64,000 bases of DNA from assembly GCA_043228905.1 (NCBI GenBank), contig JBHGNT010000108.1:1-64000 (forward strand), read 5' to 3'. This document shows positions 51,147 to 63,201 of this stretch, in pieces. Position numbers and translations under genes: made by a program. The DNA comes from Azolla caroliniana. Lineage: Eukaryota; Plantae; Polypodiophyta. Each line of letters opens with the position of its first letter. The stretch's first letter is position 1. Under the pieces are notes generated by a model that was given only the letters and a program-made list of their open reading frames with translations, was not told the origin of the DNA and made no database searches.

Positions 51147-53260
51147 ATAATAAAAAACTACTAAGAGAAACCGTCTACCTACTAAACTAAATATTGAACG
51201 CATAATCTAAGCCTCTAACACCACAATTTGAGTCCACACCCCATCCTCTCTAGTTTTAGTACCTGGTGGTTCCGCTTATGGTTCACACGCATGCGCGTAA
51301 CTTTGCGACAACATTTCTTTCTCAATGACAATGTCATTCTCAATTACAACACTTATCACTGAAATTCTTAAACATCAAGATTCACAACTCAATTTCACAC
51401 ATGCTACGTATAAAAATGATTCATCTTTAGTTCCCATTGGTTATATTTCACCGTTTGAAGATTATATCAAAAACGTTTGCGTGAAAGACAATTATATTAC
51501 TAAATGTTTGTGAAAAACACTAGATCAGTGCCATAATTGAGTGGTGAGATTGAATCGCTAATAGGCAAGATAAATACTTTGTCATGAAAATAATATTTGA
51601 CTTCGTCAAATTAACAAAATTGTCAAATCTATACTCCCTACATCTTTCGTAGGTATGTTATAAGTCACTAATATCCGAGTTATGATGCACAATCATTTTT
51701 GGTTCATATGGTTAAGAACCGGCGTCAAACATTTTTCACAATCTAGTGTTGATTTTATCATTGAGCCGGAAGAGACAACTATATGGTAGATCCATGGAAA
51801 TTTTCTTCCCACATCGTTTAAGTCTAAAAATATTTTCTTCATCATTCCATAACCCCCCTTATTTTGCAAGTAAACTAAAATTGAATAAAACCAATGGACT
51901 ATTGTTTGGAGAAATAAATGTATAGATAACATGCTCCTAGTTGTGAATGCAGAAGCTACTCTTGTTGTTGCAATGTTCAAAGGACAATGTGGTTGCGAAT
52001 CGAATCATGTAATGCAAGGCTCCAAGAGGATAGGAAGCCCCTTGACAATGAAGAGCATAGGGTTCATTGATATGAGTTCATTGCAGGTCATGGTGGCTAT
52101 AGAAGTTTTGGTATCATATGGCCTGCAAAGAGCAACACCAGGATGTTGTCCTTCACCTGCTTATTGGAGAAAGGGTTTCCATGTTGCTCATCTGTATATG
52201 CCAGAAAGCCAGAGAAGATGTCTTCATGTCTAGTGACCAAGCCAACGCCCATATTCCTCTTCTCCTCGATCCATACCTGCAATTGCTTTCTTATCACATC
52301 CGAAGCTGCGAGGGCTTTGCTATATATATTGTTCCTAGGATGTTGATTGGCAGCTGAAAGAGGCGATGTACCACATCTTGATCTTCTCTGTCCGCTATAC
52401 CAATGAAAACCTCCCAAGCTATGGAGAATATGAGCTTCTTCATGAGGGGGAAGAGAGCAACCTTAGATTGGCCTTCAAGATGATCTCTTATGAATGCGAG
52501 CGCAATGAGATCGACACGGCTCATGTATCTTTGCAAGGATTCAGGCCGCAAGAACAACATAAGTGCATTCCGTATGGTATGCGAGTGGCACTATGTCCGA
52601 CACACGCCATGGGGGATTCATTGCCGAGAATAGAAGCAACACTAATGGGCCATGATGTATAGCTGTTAGAGAAGGTTGCGTTGTTACCCAACGGGCTAAC
52701 AAGGACTATTGTCGAAGAATCCATTAAGCTCGCCTTGAAGGTCTCTGCATAGGCTGAGATGCGGTCATCGAAGAATTTCCACAAGTTCCCTTTGCGTAGA
52801 GCTCCCAGACACTCTTGGGTTTCACCAACAAAGGGAAGGTCGGAACAGCCCGGGGGTAATGTTATAATTTCAACTCAAACGGATTAAGTTACAAAAACTT
52901 AGACACAAACAAAAAGAAAAGAAGTAGCACATGATTTACGTGGAAAACCTTGATTTTAGGGGAAAACCACGGGAACAGAAATTTCCATTATGAGATAAGA
53001 CGAAATACAATCATAGAGTGATAGAACTTGATTTGGTATGGTTGTACCCTAAAACCACAATTTTAGCCGAGTGCACCAAACCCTGACTCGTAGGTATCTA
53101 TCTCTTTCGAAGCCTACATGTCTTCTTGGTATGTATTTTCTTTTCTTTCTGTTACACCCTTCTTCCTTTATTTCCTCTCACGCTCAGCTTCTGAGCTATG
53201 GCACTCACACAACCACTACTGTGTTAGCTCTCTATCGTTCTCTGTGTCGCACTACTCTTG

Positions 53261-56200
53261 TGTTGGGATTACGGTCCCTTTCGGATGGGATGGTCGGATA
53301 TCGGAGATGAATGCCGACAAGCCCGGTTTCGGTTTCGGATCCGGATGACGAAGACCCCGGCTTCGGTGCCGGATGACGAATGTACCCGAAGAGCGATCCG
53401 GATGCAGGGACATATCCGTGAATATGTTCGCTACGAGCCCCCTGAGGCTATAGTTGTAAATAGCCCAAAGTCATATAAGTATAAATATGACTTAGGGCAA
53501 ACAGTTTTTCTGTTGCTCATTATTTTTCTGTTTTTCCACTCAAGAGGAGTGAAGAGGGAGCAGCCGTGAGAGAGAGAGAGAGAGATAGAGCGCGAGAGAG
53601 GAAGAGGTAGACGCCTCTGTGTATTTCCGCCGCCTGTGGCGAGGACAGCGAGCTCAAGGTCGTTGCCTTGCAGCTCGCCATTGTATATTTCTCTGTGCAT
53701 AGTTTGGTTCGGAGTCTCGCACTCCCGTGGTTTTTCCCGTATAGGGTTTTCCACGTTAATCCCTGTGTATCGCGTCTTTCTCTGTATTTCCTATTTTCTG
53801 CTACATTGATCCGCGATTATTCGGTTGTGGCCGAGTGGTGAAGGTGAATCCAAGCGTTGATTCCCAACAAACTGGTATCAGAGCGTCTGTTGCAGAAAAT
53901 GGAAGGCGGCGGCAGCGGGCAGCCGATGATGATGGTGCTGAATGCACAGAATTACGCCGACTGGAAGATCAAGATGGAGGATCTTCTGATTGTTCGGGAC
54001 CTGTACGAACCGATTGACAGGTCGGAAATACCGAAAGGGGTACTTGAGTCGGAGTGGAAGCTCCTGAACCGGAAAGCCGTAGCGACGATCCGACAATACG
54101 TCGATGTAAGCGTCCTACAACATGTGGCGAACGACACCAACGCATACGAGATGTGGAAGAAGCTGTCGGGCCTCTATGAGAGGAAGAATGCGTTGAACCG
54201 GACCTCCCTGATGAGGAAGATAGTGAATCTCAAGTACCGGGACGGCGAGAGTATGGTAGAACACGTAAGCACGTTCATGGGATTCGTGAATCAGCTTGCG
54301 GCGATCAAGTTCCCGCTGGAGGATGCAATGCAAGCCATCATCCTGATGTGTACATTGCCGGAAAGCTGGGAGAACTTGGTGGTGACTCTCAGCACCTCGT
54401 GCACCGAAGATAACTTGTCCTTACAAACGGTAAAGACAAGTATTCTGAATGAAGAAGCGCGTCGGAGAGATAAGGAACCGGCCTCCGACCCGAAGATGCT
54501 GTTTACCGAATCGGATCGGGGAAGACAGTGGAACCGGAGTCCGCAAAGACGGGAGAAGTCGGGGACCCGGTCGCAGTCAAGAGGAAGGCCAACATGCTTC
54601 CACTGTGGGAAGCCGGGGCACTTCCGGAAGAACTGTCGGCATTACCGAAAAGACAACGGAGCCGACGACACCGACTCGAAGAAGTCACCGGAGAGAAACG
54701 GTGCATACCGGGGAGCCACGGACCGGAGAGGTTCGGATCGGCGAGGGCAGGACCGGAAAGGAACAACGGCACTCGCGGCAAGTGAGGAAGAAATCATGCT
54801 CATCACCGAAGAAGGTGAGCTAAACGTTGCCGGCGATGAGACGACCTGGGTGGTCGATTCCGGAGCATCGTTCCACCTGACCCCGGAGAGAAGATACTTC
54901 TCATCCTACACAGCCGGTGAGCATGGCTGTGTTCGGATGGGAAATGAAGGTACGTGCCGGATTGCCGGCATAGGAGACGTGTGGTTGACAACCCCGACCG
55001 GATGCAAAATGCTGCTGAAAGATGTCCGACACGTTCCGGAGGTCCGATTGAACCTGATCTCGGCCGGGAGGCTAGATGATGAAGGCTACACGGGTAGCAT
55101 CCGGAACGGTGTCATGAAGTTCAGCAAGGGGAGCCTGATAGTGGCTCGGGCCCGGAAGGTCAACACACTGTACCTGATGAATGCCCGGTTATGTCCGGAA
55201 GAGCTGAATGTGGCAGCCGACACTGCCGGTGAGCTGTGGCACAAAAGACTGTGCCACATGAGTGAGAAGGGGATGAAGAGGCTTGCAGAAGACAACCTCA
55301 TCCCAGTGAAGCACGTGCACCTGGAGAAGTGCACCGATTGCCTGGCCGGTAAGCAGAACCGAACCTCCTTCCACTCAAGGCCACCGACGAGACGTAGCGC
55401 ACCATTGGAGTTGGTGCACACTGACGTGTGTCAGGTAGAGACGAAGTCACATGGCGGAGCCCAGTACTTCGTAACATTCATCGATGATCATAGCCGAAAA
55501 CTGTGGACGGCACCGATGAAGACAAAGGACCAAGTGTTGTCCGTCTTCAAAGAACTCCACGCGAGAGTGGAAAGGGAATCCGGCAAGAAGCTGAAAGCGA
55601 TACGAGCGGATAACGGAGGGGAATACCGAGGGCAGTTCCAGGAGTACTGTCGCTCGAAGGGAATCCGACTCGAGTTTACTGTGCCGAAGACGCCGGAACT
55701 GAACGGGCTGGCCGAGAGGATGAACCGGACCATAATGGAGCGGGTCCGGAGTATGCTGGCGCATGCGAAATTACCCAAGGGGTTTTGGGCTGAGGCAATG
55801 TCGACGGCGACATATGTGATAAACAGATCACCCTCAGTTCCTTTGGACGGAGACACGCCGCAGAGAGTGTGGACCGGTAAGGAAGTGTCCTACCGGCATC
55901 TGAAGGTGTTCGGGTGTCTCGCATACGTGCATGTGGCAAAGGACCGGAGAGGAAAGCTAGATCCTAAGACCCGGCCATGCATATTCCTCGGTTACGGCGA
56001 CGACGAGTTCGGCTACCGAGTATGGGACCCGGTCGACAAGAAGATATTCCGGAGTCGTGATATCATCTTCATGGAGAACAAGACGCTCGCCGACTGGGAG
56101 TCGGAGAAGAAGATGAAGAGCTCCAAGTCGATCGGTGAGGATCAACTCTACGAGGAGCAGTCCCGACCGGCAAGGGACCGGTTAGCACTCGAGGATCCGG

Positions 56201-58590
56201 CCGAAGACGGTGAAGAAACAGAACCGGCCGAAGAAGATGAAAATGATACCGGAACCGGCCCCGATCCCGAAATGGATTCGGATGAAGAAGAAGAATCGGA
56301 AGAACCGGTTACCGAAGCTCCGGAACGGAGATACCCTCTAAGAGAGAGAAGGGCCCCCCGGAGATTTCCGGAACCAGAGCACGTGTTGCTAACCGACGAG
56401 GGGGAGCCGGAGAGCTTTGAAGAAGCAAAGCATGACACCCAGAGCCGCAGGTGGTTGAGTGCCATGCAGGACGAGATGGATTCCCTGCATGAGAACCACA
56501 CATATGAACTTGTGGAGTTGCCGAAAGGAAAGCGGGCACTGCGAAACAAGTGGGTGTTCAAGCTGAAACCGGGAGATGCCGGAAACCCCCCGAGATACAA
56601 AGCCAGGATCGTGGTGAAGGGGTTTCAGCAGAAGAAGGGCGTCGACTTCGACGAGATATTTGCCCCGGTAGTGAAGATGACCTCCATCCGGACGGTGCTG
56701 AGCATAGCGGCAAGCATGGACCTCGAGGTAGAACAGATGGACGTGAAGACGGCATTCCTTCACGGTGACCTCGAAGAAGAGATCTACATGCAGCAACCGG
56801 AAGGATTCGAGAAGAAAGGGAAGGAGCACCTGGTATGCCGGTTGAAGAAGAGCCTTTACGGACTGAAGCAGGCTCCCCGGCAATGGTACCGGAAGTTCGA
56901 CTCCTTCATGACCGACGAAGGGTACCTCAAAACGCAGTCCGACCACTGCGTGTTTGTGAAGAAGTTCGAAGGAGGAGACTCCCTAATACTCCTCCTGTAC
57001 GTGGACGACATGTTGATCGTCGGACGGGACCAGGTCAAGATACGGATGCTGAAGAAGGCTCTTCACCGAACCTTCTCAATGAAGGACCTGGGTCCGGCGA
57101 GGCAAATACTAGGGATGCACATCATCCGGGACCGGAGCAAGAAGCAGTTGTGGCTGTCACAAGAGAAGTACGTGACAAAGGTGCTTCAACGGTTCAACAT
57201 GTCGGAAGCAAGACCGGTCGGATCAACCCTACCGGCAAACTGCAAGTTGTCCAGCAAGCAAAGTCCCAAGACAAAGGCTGAAAAGGAGGATATGATGAAA
57301 GTGCCGTATGCCTCAGCTGTCGGGAGCTTGATGTACGCCATGGTGTGTACGAGACCGGACATCGGATATGCAGTCGGAGTGGTGAGCCGGTACATGAGCA
57401 ATCCCGGCAAAGAGCATTGGAACGCGGCCAAGTGGATACTCCGATACCTGAAGGGCACGGCAAACGTGTGCCTCCGATTCGGCTCCGGTAAGCCCGAACT
57501 CGAAGGCTTTACTGATTCTGATATGTCGGCTGATGCAGATACCAGCCAGTCCACATCAGGGTATGTGATGACGTATGCAGGGGGAGCTGTTTCGTGGCAG
57601 TCGAGGCTGCAGAAGACGGTTGCGTTGTCAACCACGGAGGCGGAGTACATGGCGGCTGTTGAAGCCGGCAAGGAAATAATATGGATGAAGGACTTCATTA
57701 GAGAGCTCGGTATCCGGCAAGAGGAGTACCGACTCTACTGCGATAGTCAGAGTGCCATCCACCTTGCGAAGAACGCGGCCTACCATTCCCGGACGAAACA
57801 CATCCAGCGTAGATACCACTGGATCCGGGAAAGGATAGAGGACAAGGAGTTCGTGCTGACGAAGATCCACACGGACGAGAACGGGTCGGATATGCTGACC
57901 AAGGTCCTCACACCCGACAAGCTGGAAGCATGCCGGAAGAGGGTCGGATTGGAGAGACATCCCATGCCGAAGTGAAGGGGGAGTTTGTTGGGATTACGCT
58001 TTCGGATGGGATGGTCGGATATCGGAGATGAATGCCGACAAGCCCAGTTTCGGTTTCGGATCCGGATGACGAAGACCCCGGCTTCGGTGCCGGATGACGA
58101 ATGTACCCGAAGAGCGATCCGGATGCAGGGACATATCCGTGAATATGTTCGCTACGAGCCCCCTGAGGCTATAGTTGTAAATAGCCCAAAGTCATATAAG
58201 TATAAATATGACTTAGGGCAAACAGTTTTTCTGTTGCTCATTATTTTTCTGTTTTTCCACTCAAGAGGAGTGAAGAGGGAGCAGCCGTGAGAGAGAGAGA
58301 GAGAGATAGAGCGCGAGAGAGGAAGAGGTAGACGCCTCTGTGTATTTCCGCCGCCTGTGGCGAGGACAGCGAGCTCAAGGTCGTTGCCTTGCAGCTCGCC
58401 ATTGTATATTTCTCTGTGCATAGTTTGGTTCGGAGTCTCGCACTCCCGTGGTTTTTCCCGTATAGGGTTTTCCACGTTAATCCCTGTGTATCGCGTCTTT
58501 CTCTGTATTTCCTATTTTCTGCTACATTGATCCGCGATTATTCGGTTGTGGCCGAGTGGTGAAGGTGAATCCAAGCGTTGATTCCCAACA
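53261..58590 (+). mobile_element. Intact full-length Ty1/copia LTR retrotransposon
   Basis: LTRs 53261-53869 and 57986-58590 (TGTTGGG..CCCAACA); PBS TGGTATCAGAGC 53873-53884; PPT about 57970-57983; TSD TCTTG; empty site at about 42248-42252. Confidence 0.97.
53899..57975 (+). CDS. Copia gag-pol polyprotein, 1358 aa, uninterrupted
   Basis: CFHCGKPGHFRKNC; DSGAS; WHKRLCH..CTDC, HTDV, RADNGGEY, NGLAER; YKARIV, QMDVKTAFLHG, LYVDD; RNase H DSD, TEAEY, CDSQSA. Domain order PR-INT-RT-RH. Confidence 0.97.
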   Translation: MEGGGSGQPMMMVLNAQNYADWKIKMEDLLIVRDLYEPIDRSEIPKGVLESEWKLLNRKAVATIRQYVDVSVLQHVANDTNAYEMWKKLSGLYERKNALNRTSLMRKIVNLKYRDGESMVEHVSTFMGFVNQLAAIKFPLEDAMQAIILMCTLPESWENLVVTLSTSCTEDNLSLQTVKTSILNEEARRRDKEPASDPKMLFTESDRGRQWNRSPQRREKSGTRSQSRGRPTCFHCGKPGHFRKNCRHYRKDNGADDTDSKKSPERNGAYRGATDRRGSDRRGQDRKGTTALAASEEEIMLITEEGELNVAGDETTWVVDSGASFHLTPERRYFSSYTAGEHGCVRMGNEGTCRIAGIGDVWLTTPTGCKMLLKDVRHVPEVRLNLISAGRLDDEGYTGSIRNGVMKFSKGSLIVARARKVNTLYLMNARLCPEELNVAADTAGELWHKRLCHMSEKGMKRLAEDNLIPVKHVHLEKCTDCLAGKQNRTSFHSRPPTRRSAPLELVHTDVCQVETKSHGGAQYFVTFIDDHSRKLWTAPMKTKDQVLSVFKELHARVERESGKKLKAIRADNGGEYRGQFQEYCRSKGIRLEFTVPKTPELNGLAERMNRTIMERVRSMLAHAKLPKGFWAEAMSTATYVINRSPSVPLDGDTPQRVWTGKEVSYRHLKVFGCLAYVHVAKDRRGKLDPKTRPCIFLGYGDDEFGYRVWDPVDKKIFRSRDIIFMENKTLADWESEKKMKSSKSIGEDQLYEEQSRPARDRLALEDPAEDGEETEPAEEDENDTGTGPDPEMDSDEEEESEEPVTEAPERRYPLRERRAPRRFPEPEHVLLTDEGEPESFEEAKHDTQSRRWLSAMQDEMDSLHENHTYELVELPKGKRALRNKWVFKLKPGDAGNPPRYKARIVVKGFQQKKGVDFDEIFAPVVKMTSIRTVLSIAASMDLEVEQMDVKTAFLHGDLEEEIYMQQPEGFEKKGKEHLVCRLKKSLYGLKQAPRQWYRKFDSFMTDEGYLKTQSDHCVFVKKFEGGDSLILLLYVDDMLIVGRDQVKIRMLKKALHRTFSMKDLGPARQILGMHIIRDRSKKQLWLSQEKYVTKVLQRFNMSEARPVGSTLPANCKLSSKQSPKTKAEKEDMMKVPYASAVGSLMYAMVCTRPDIGYAVGVVSRYMSNPGKEHWNAAKWILRYLKGTANVCLRFGSGKPELEGFTDSDMSADADTSQSTSGYVMTYAGGAVSWQSRLQKTVALSTTEAEYMAAVEAGKEIIWMKDFIRELGIRQEEYRLYCDSQSAIHLAKNAAYHSRTKHIQRRYHWIRERIEDKEFVLTKIHTDENGSDMLTKVLTPDKLEACRKRVGLERHPMPK

Positions 58591-59654
58591 TCTTGCAATA
58601 CCTTCTATATATATATCCCTCACACACTCACTTACTCACTCTTATTCACTTTCACACTTTACTCACTATTTTAGTGAGTTATCCCACATACAAACACAGC
58701 CAGTTCGACTCTCACTATATATACTAACTCTTCTCATTCACAAATGTATGTATATATGTATATGTTCATTCGAATTTCTATTCGACCGAATCCCGTTTTG
58801 GCTTTCTTAATGAATTCGGCCAATTGACTCTCGTTTTGGCTTTTCGACCGATTTCAACCAGCCGACTCTCATTTTGGCTTTTCGACCGATTTCAGCCAGC
58901 CGACTCTCGTTTCAGCTTTTCGGCCAATTTCGGTCAACTGACTCATTTCGACTTCTAAGTTAATTTCGACCAGCCAACTCCCCCGCAAGGAGGGACAACC
59001 TTACATAACAGGTAAGGGAAGTTCTTCTCTTGTTGACTCTTATTCTTCTTGCTTGAAGGTCTCCATAATTGATGCAACCCTGCCATGAGGCGTAGTAGAG
59101 ACAGAGTAACCCCAACAATGAGCTCTGCAAGGACGGTGGAGGTGAAGCTCCCCATAGTTATGCTTCACCAACGGTAGCGATAGTTCTCATTCTTCTTCTT
59201 CCTCTGTCCAATATGTTGTGTTTTCCCTCCTCATGGGAGAGAGAAGTCGCAATGATATTTGGGCTTCATTGGTTACCATCTGGTAGGCCACAATGATGCC
59301 CTAGTTAAATGGAAGTTTTATCTTGAAAGACCCTTATCCCACTTTAAAAGGAAATCTTATCTAGAAAGACCCTTATATTTAAGAAGAAGAGGGGAAAAAG
59401 TGGCTTTCTAGAGCGAAGAGAGAAGCTCCAAAAGTGAGAAGAAAGAAGAGGTAGAAATAAATAAATAAACGCATGTATTGTGGCACCTAAATTTGACCTC
59501 CTTCGATCGACGGCCATACAAACTCCAATTTCGGTTGAAATTTAGAGGAGTTGCTCTTACCATCAAGAAACTCATATCTAACGGTTGGATTACGATTTCC
59601 TGTCCTCTAGGTCAAGTTTTATTGATTTATGTCTCTTACTCTTCTTGTTGTTTA

Positions 59655-62600
59655 TGGGTACGAAACAGTTCCCTCCTGATGGGAAGTGGCCGAAACCGGA
59701 TGACGAATGCCCAGCTACGGAGAGCCGGGTGACGAGTACCCGGCTACGGAGAGCTGGATGGTGCAGACCCGGTGAGAACCGGATGACGAGTACCTAGCTA
59801 CGGAGAGCCGGATGGTGCAGACCCGGTGAGAACCGGATGAGGAGTACCCGGAAAGCGCCGGATGATGCAGGCTCGATGAGGAGTGCTCACCAGATGAAGA
59901 GACATATTCGTAAATATGTTTTTGAGAGTCCATCGTGGCTATATTTGTAAATAGCCGAAAAGTCATATTAGTATAAATATGACTTAGGGCAAACTTTTGT
60001 GAGTGTGTTGTCATTCTTGTTTGCGCAAGATCAGAGCGCGTAACTGTGTACAGAGAGAGAGAAAGAGAGGAAGAGGTCGTTGCCTCTATTGTAACCGCCG
60101 CCTATGGCGAATATAGAAAGCTCGAGGTTGTCGCCTCGGTGCTTTACTGTTGTACGTTGTAACATAGTGATAGTTTGCAGCCTGTGGGCTGCCGTGGTTT
60201 TTCCCTAGTTTGGGTTTTCCACGTAAACATCCTGTGTACTCTTCTCTTCACTGTGTCGTGCATTCATTCCCCGTTTTTTTTTCTGTGTATGATTCTAAGC
60301 TCGGTTGTGGCCGAGCATTGCGCATAGGGGGCGTGTAGTTCCTGTCAAAGTGGTATCAGAGCAAGGCAACACAGAAAAGTGGACGATTCATTGGGAGGCA
60401 TGGTCAAGCTCACCGGCTCCAACTATTCGGTGTGGAAGTCGAAGATGAGGGACATTCTCGTGGTTAAAGACCTTTGGCTGCCGGTTCAGTTCGGGGACAA
60501 GAGACCGGACAAAATCGACGCCGCGATATGGGAGGTGATGCACATGAAGACAACGGCGTATATACGGTGCTTCATCGACATGAGCCTATACAACAACTTC
60601 AATGAAGAGAGCACGGCTCATGAGCTCTGGGAGAAGATCAGCATTATGTTTTAGAACAAAAATGTTGTTAACCAGGTTTCGGTATTCCAGAAGCTAGTAA
60701 GACTCCGATACCAAGATGGCTCCAGCATGGTGGAGCACATGAATGCCTTCCAGGTGTTGATCCACTAGGCAACATCATTGGAAGTACCTCTTGCCGATGA
60801 GGTACTAGCATTACTCCTGCTCGGTTCCCTCCCAGATAGCTGGGAGACGTTGGTTGTTACCTTGGGCAACGCCGGGCCGGAAGGGAAACAGTTATCCCTA
60901 GCAAGAGTGAAGTCGAGCTTGCTAGATGAGGAGGCACGTCGGAAAGATAAGGATACGAGCTCCGACTCCAAAGCGCTCCTTACCGAATCGGAACGCGGAA
61001 GACAAAGGAACCGTAGTCCCCAAAACCGGGAAAAGTCGGGGACACGGTCAAAGTCAAGGGGGAGGCCTACTTGCTTCTATTGCGGCAAGCCGAGACACTT
61101 CCAGAAGAACTGTCGGCATTTCCGAAAGGACAAGGAAACCAACGGTACCGATTCGAAGCGGACACCGGACCGAAACGGTAAAGACCGGAGGGGAACGGAC
61201 CGGAAGGGAATGACGGCAATCACGGCAAGTGAAGAAGAGTTGATGCTCATCACTAAGGAGAGTGAGATAAACCTTGCCGGCGACGAGATGACCTGGGTGG
61301 TCGACTCCAGAGTGTCGTTCCACCTTACCCCGGACCGGAAATGCTTCTCATCCTACTCAGCCGGTGATCACGGCTGTGTCCGGATGGGGAATGAAGGTAC
61401 ATGTCAAATTGTCGGCATAGGAGACGTGTGGCTGTCAACACCAACCGGATGCAAGATGCTGCTGAAGGATGTCCGACACGTTTCGGAGGTTCGTCTAAAC
61501 CTTATATCAGCCTGTTGGCTAGATGATGAAGGCTACACGGGTAGCATCCGGAACGGTGTTATGAAGTTCAGCAAAGGGAGGCTGCCTAATTGTGGCTCGA
61601 GCCTGGAAGGTAAACACGATGTACCTGATGAATGCTCAGTTATGTCCGGAGGAAGTGAGCATGGCATCCGACATTGCCGGTGAACAGTGGCACAAAAGGT
61701 TGTGTCACATGAGCGAGAAGGGGATCAAGAGGCTTGCAGACGACAACCTCATTCCAATGAAGAACGTGCACTTGGAGAAGTGCACTGATTGCCTTGCCGG
61801 TAAGCAAAACCTTACCACTGGAGTTGGTGCATACTGATGTGTGTCAAGTGGACACGAAGTCACATGCAGGATCGCAGTACTTCGTGACATTCATAGATGA
61901 CCACAACCGGAAGTTGTGGGCCACACCGTTGAAGACGAAGGATCAAGTGTTATCCATCTTCAAAGAGCTCCATGCGAGAGTGGAAAGAGAAACCGGCCGG
62001 AAGCTGAAGGCGGTTCGAGCAAATATCAGAGATGAATATCGGGGGTAGTTTGAGGAGTACTGTCGCTTGAAGGGAATCCGGCTTGAATTTACCGTGCTGA
62101 AGACGCTGGAACGAAACGGGTTGGCCGAGAGGATGAACCGGACCATAATGGAGAGGGTCCGGAGTATGGCGGCGCATGCAAAACTACCCAAGAAGTTTTG
62201 GGCTGAGGCACTGTCAACGGCGACATATGTGATAAACAGATCACCCTCAGTACCCTTGGACGAAGACACGCCACAGAGAGTCTGGACCGATAAGGAAGTG
62301 TCCTACCGGCATCTGAAAGTATTCGGGTGTCTTGTGTACGTGCATGTTGTTAAGGACCGGAGAGGAAAGTTGGATCCAAAGACCCGACCATGCATATTCC
62401 TCGGTTACGGCGACGATGAGTTCGGCTACCGAGTGTGGGACCTGGTCGACAAGAAGGTGTTCCGGAGTCGAGATATTATCCTCATGGAGGACAAGACGCT
62501 CGCCGACTGGGAGTCGGAGAAGAAGATAATGAACTCTGAGTCGACCAGTAAGGATCGATTCTACGATGAGCAGACCCAACCGGCAAGAGACCGGTTAGCA

Positions 62601-63165
62601 CTCGAGGAACCAGCCGGTTACGGTGAGGATACCGAACCAGCAGAAGAAGAAGTAGAGGAAGCTGAAACCGGAACCGACCAAGACCCCGAATCGGATTCGG
62701 ATGAAGATCAAATAGTGGAGCCGGTTGCCGAAGACCAAAGACGGAGATATCCTCTCAGAGAGAGAAGATTTCCGGATTCAGAGCATGTGCTGCTGACCAA
62801 TGAGGTGTTGGGATTACGGTCCCTCCGGATGGGATGGTCGGATGTCCGGGAATCGGATGATGAAGACCCCGACTACGGAGCCGGATGCTAAAGACTCCGG
62901 CTACGGAGCCGGATGATGAAGACCCTGGCTACGGAGCCGGATGCTGAAGACCCCGGTTACGGAGCCGGATGACGAATGTACCCGGAGAGAGATCCAGATG
63001 CGGGGACATATTTGTGAATATGTTTGCCAAGAGCCCTTGAGGCTATATTTGTAAATAGCCCGAAAGTCATATGTGTATAAATATGACTTAGGGCAAACAG
63101 TTTAAATGTTGTTACTCATTTTTCTGGTTTTCCACTTAGAGGGAGCTAAGTGAGCAGCCGAGAGA

Positions 63166-63201
<36 letters not shown>

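Larger units (their letters stand above)
52860..59010 (-). mobile_element. Solo LTR (816 bp net; duplicate of 36214-42682) hosting an intact copia element
   Basis: TGTTAT...CATAACA termini; TSD GGTAA at 52855-52859 and 59011-59015. Confidence 0.88.
52005..59155 (-). pseudogene. CYP716-like pseudogene F (3' part 52005-52859, 5' part 59016-59155)
   Basis: Same deletion junction, frameshifts and solo-LTR insertion as pseudogene E. Confidence 0.92.
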
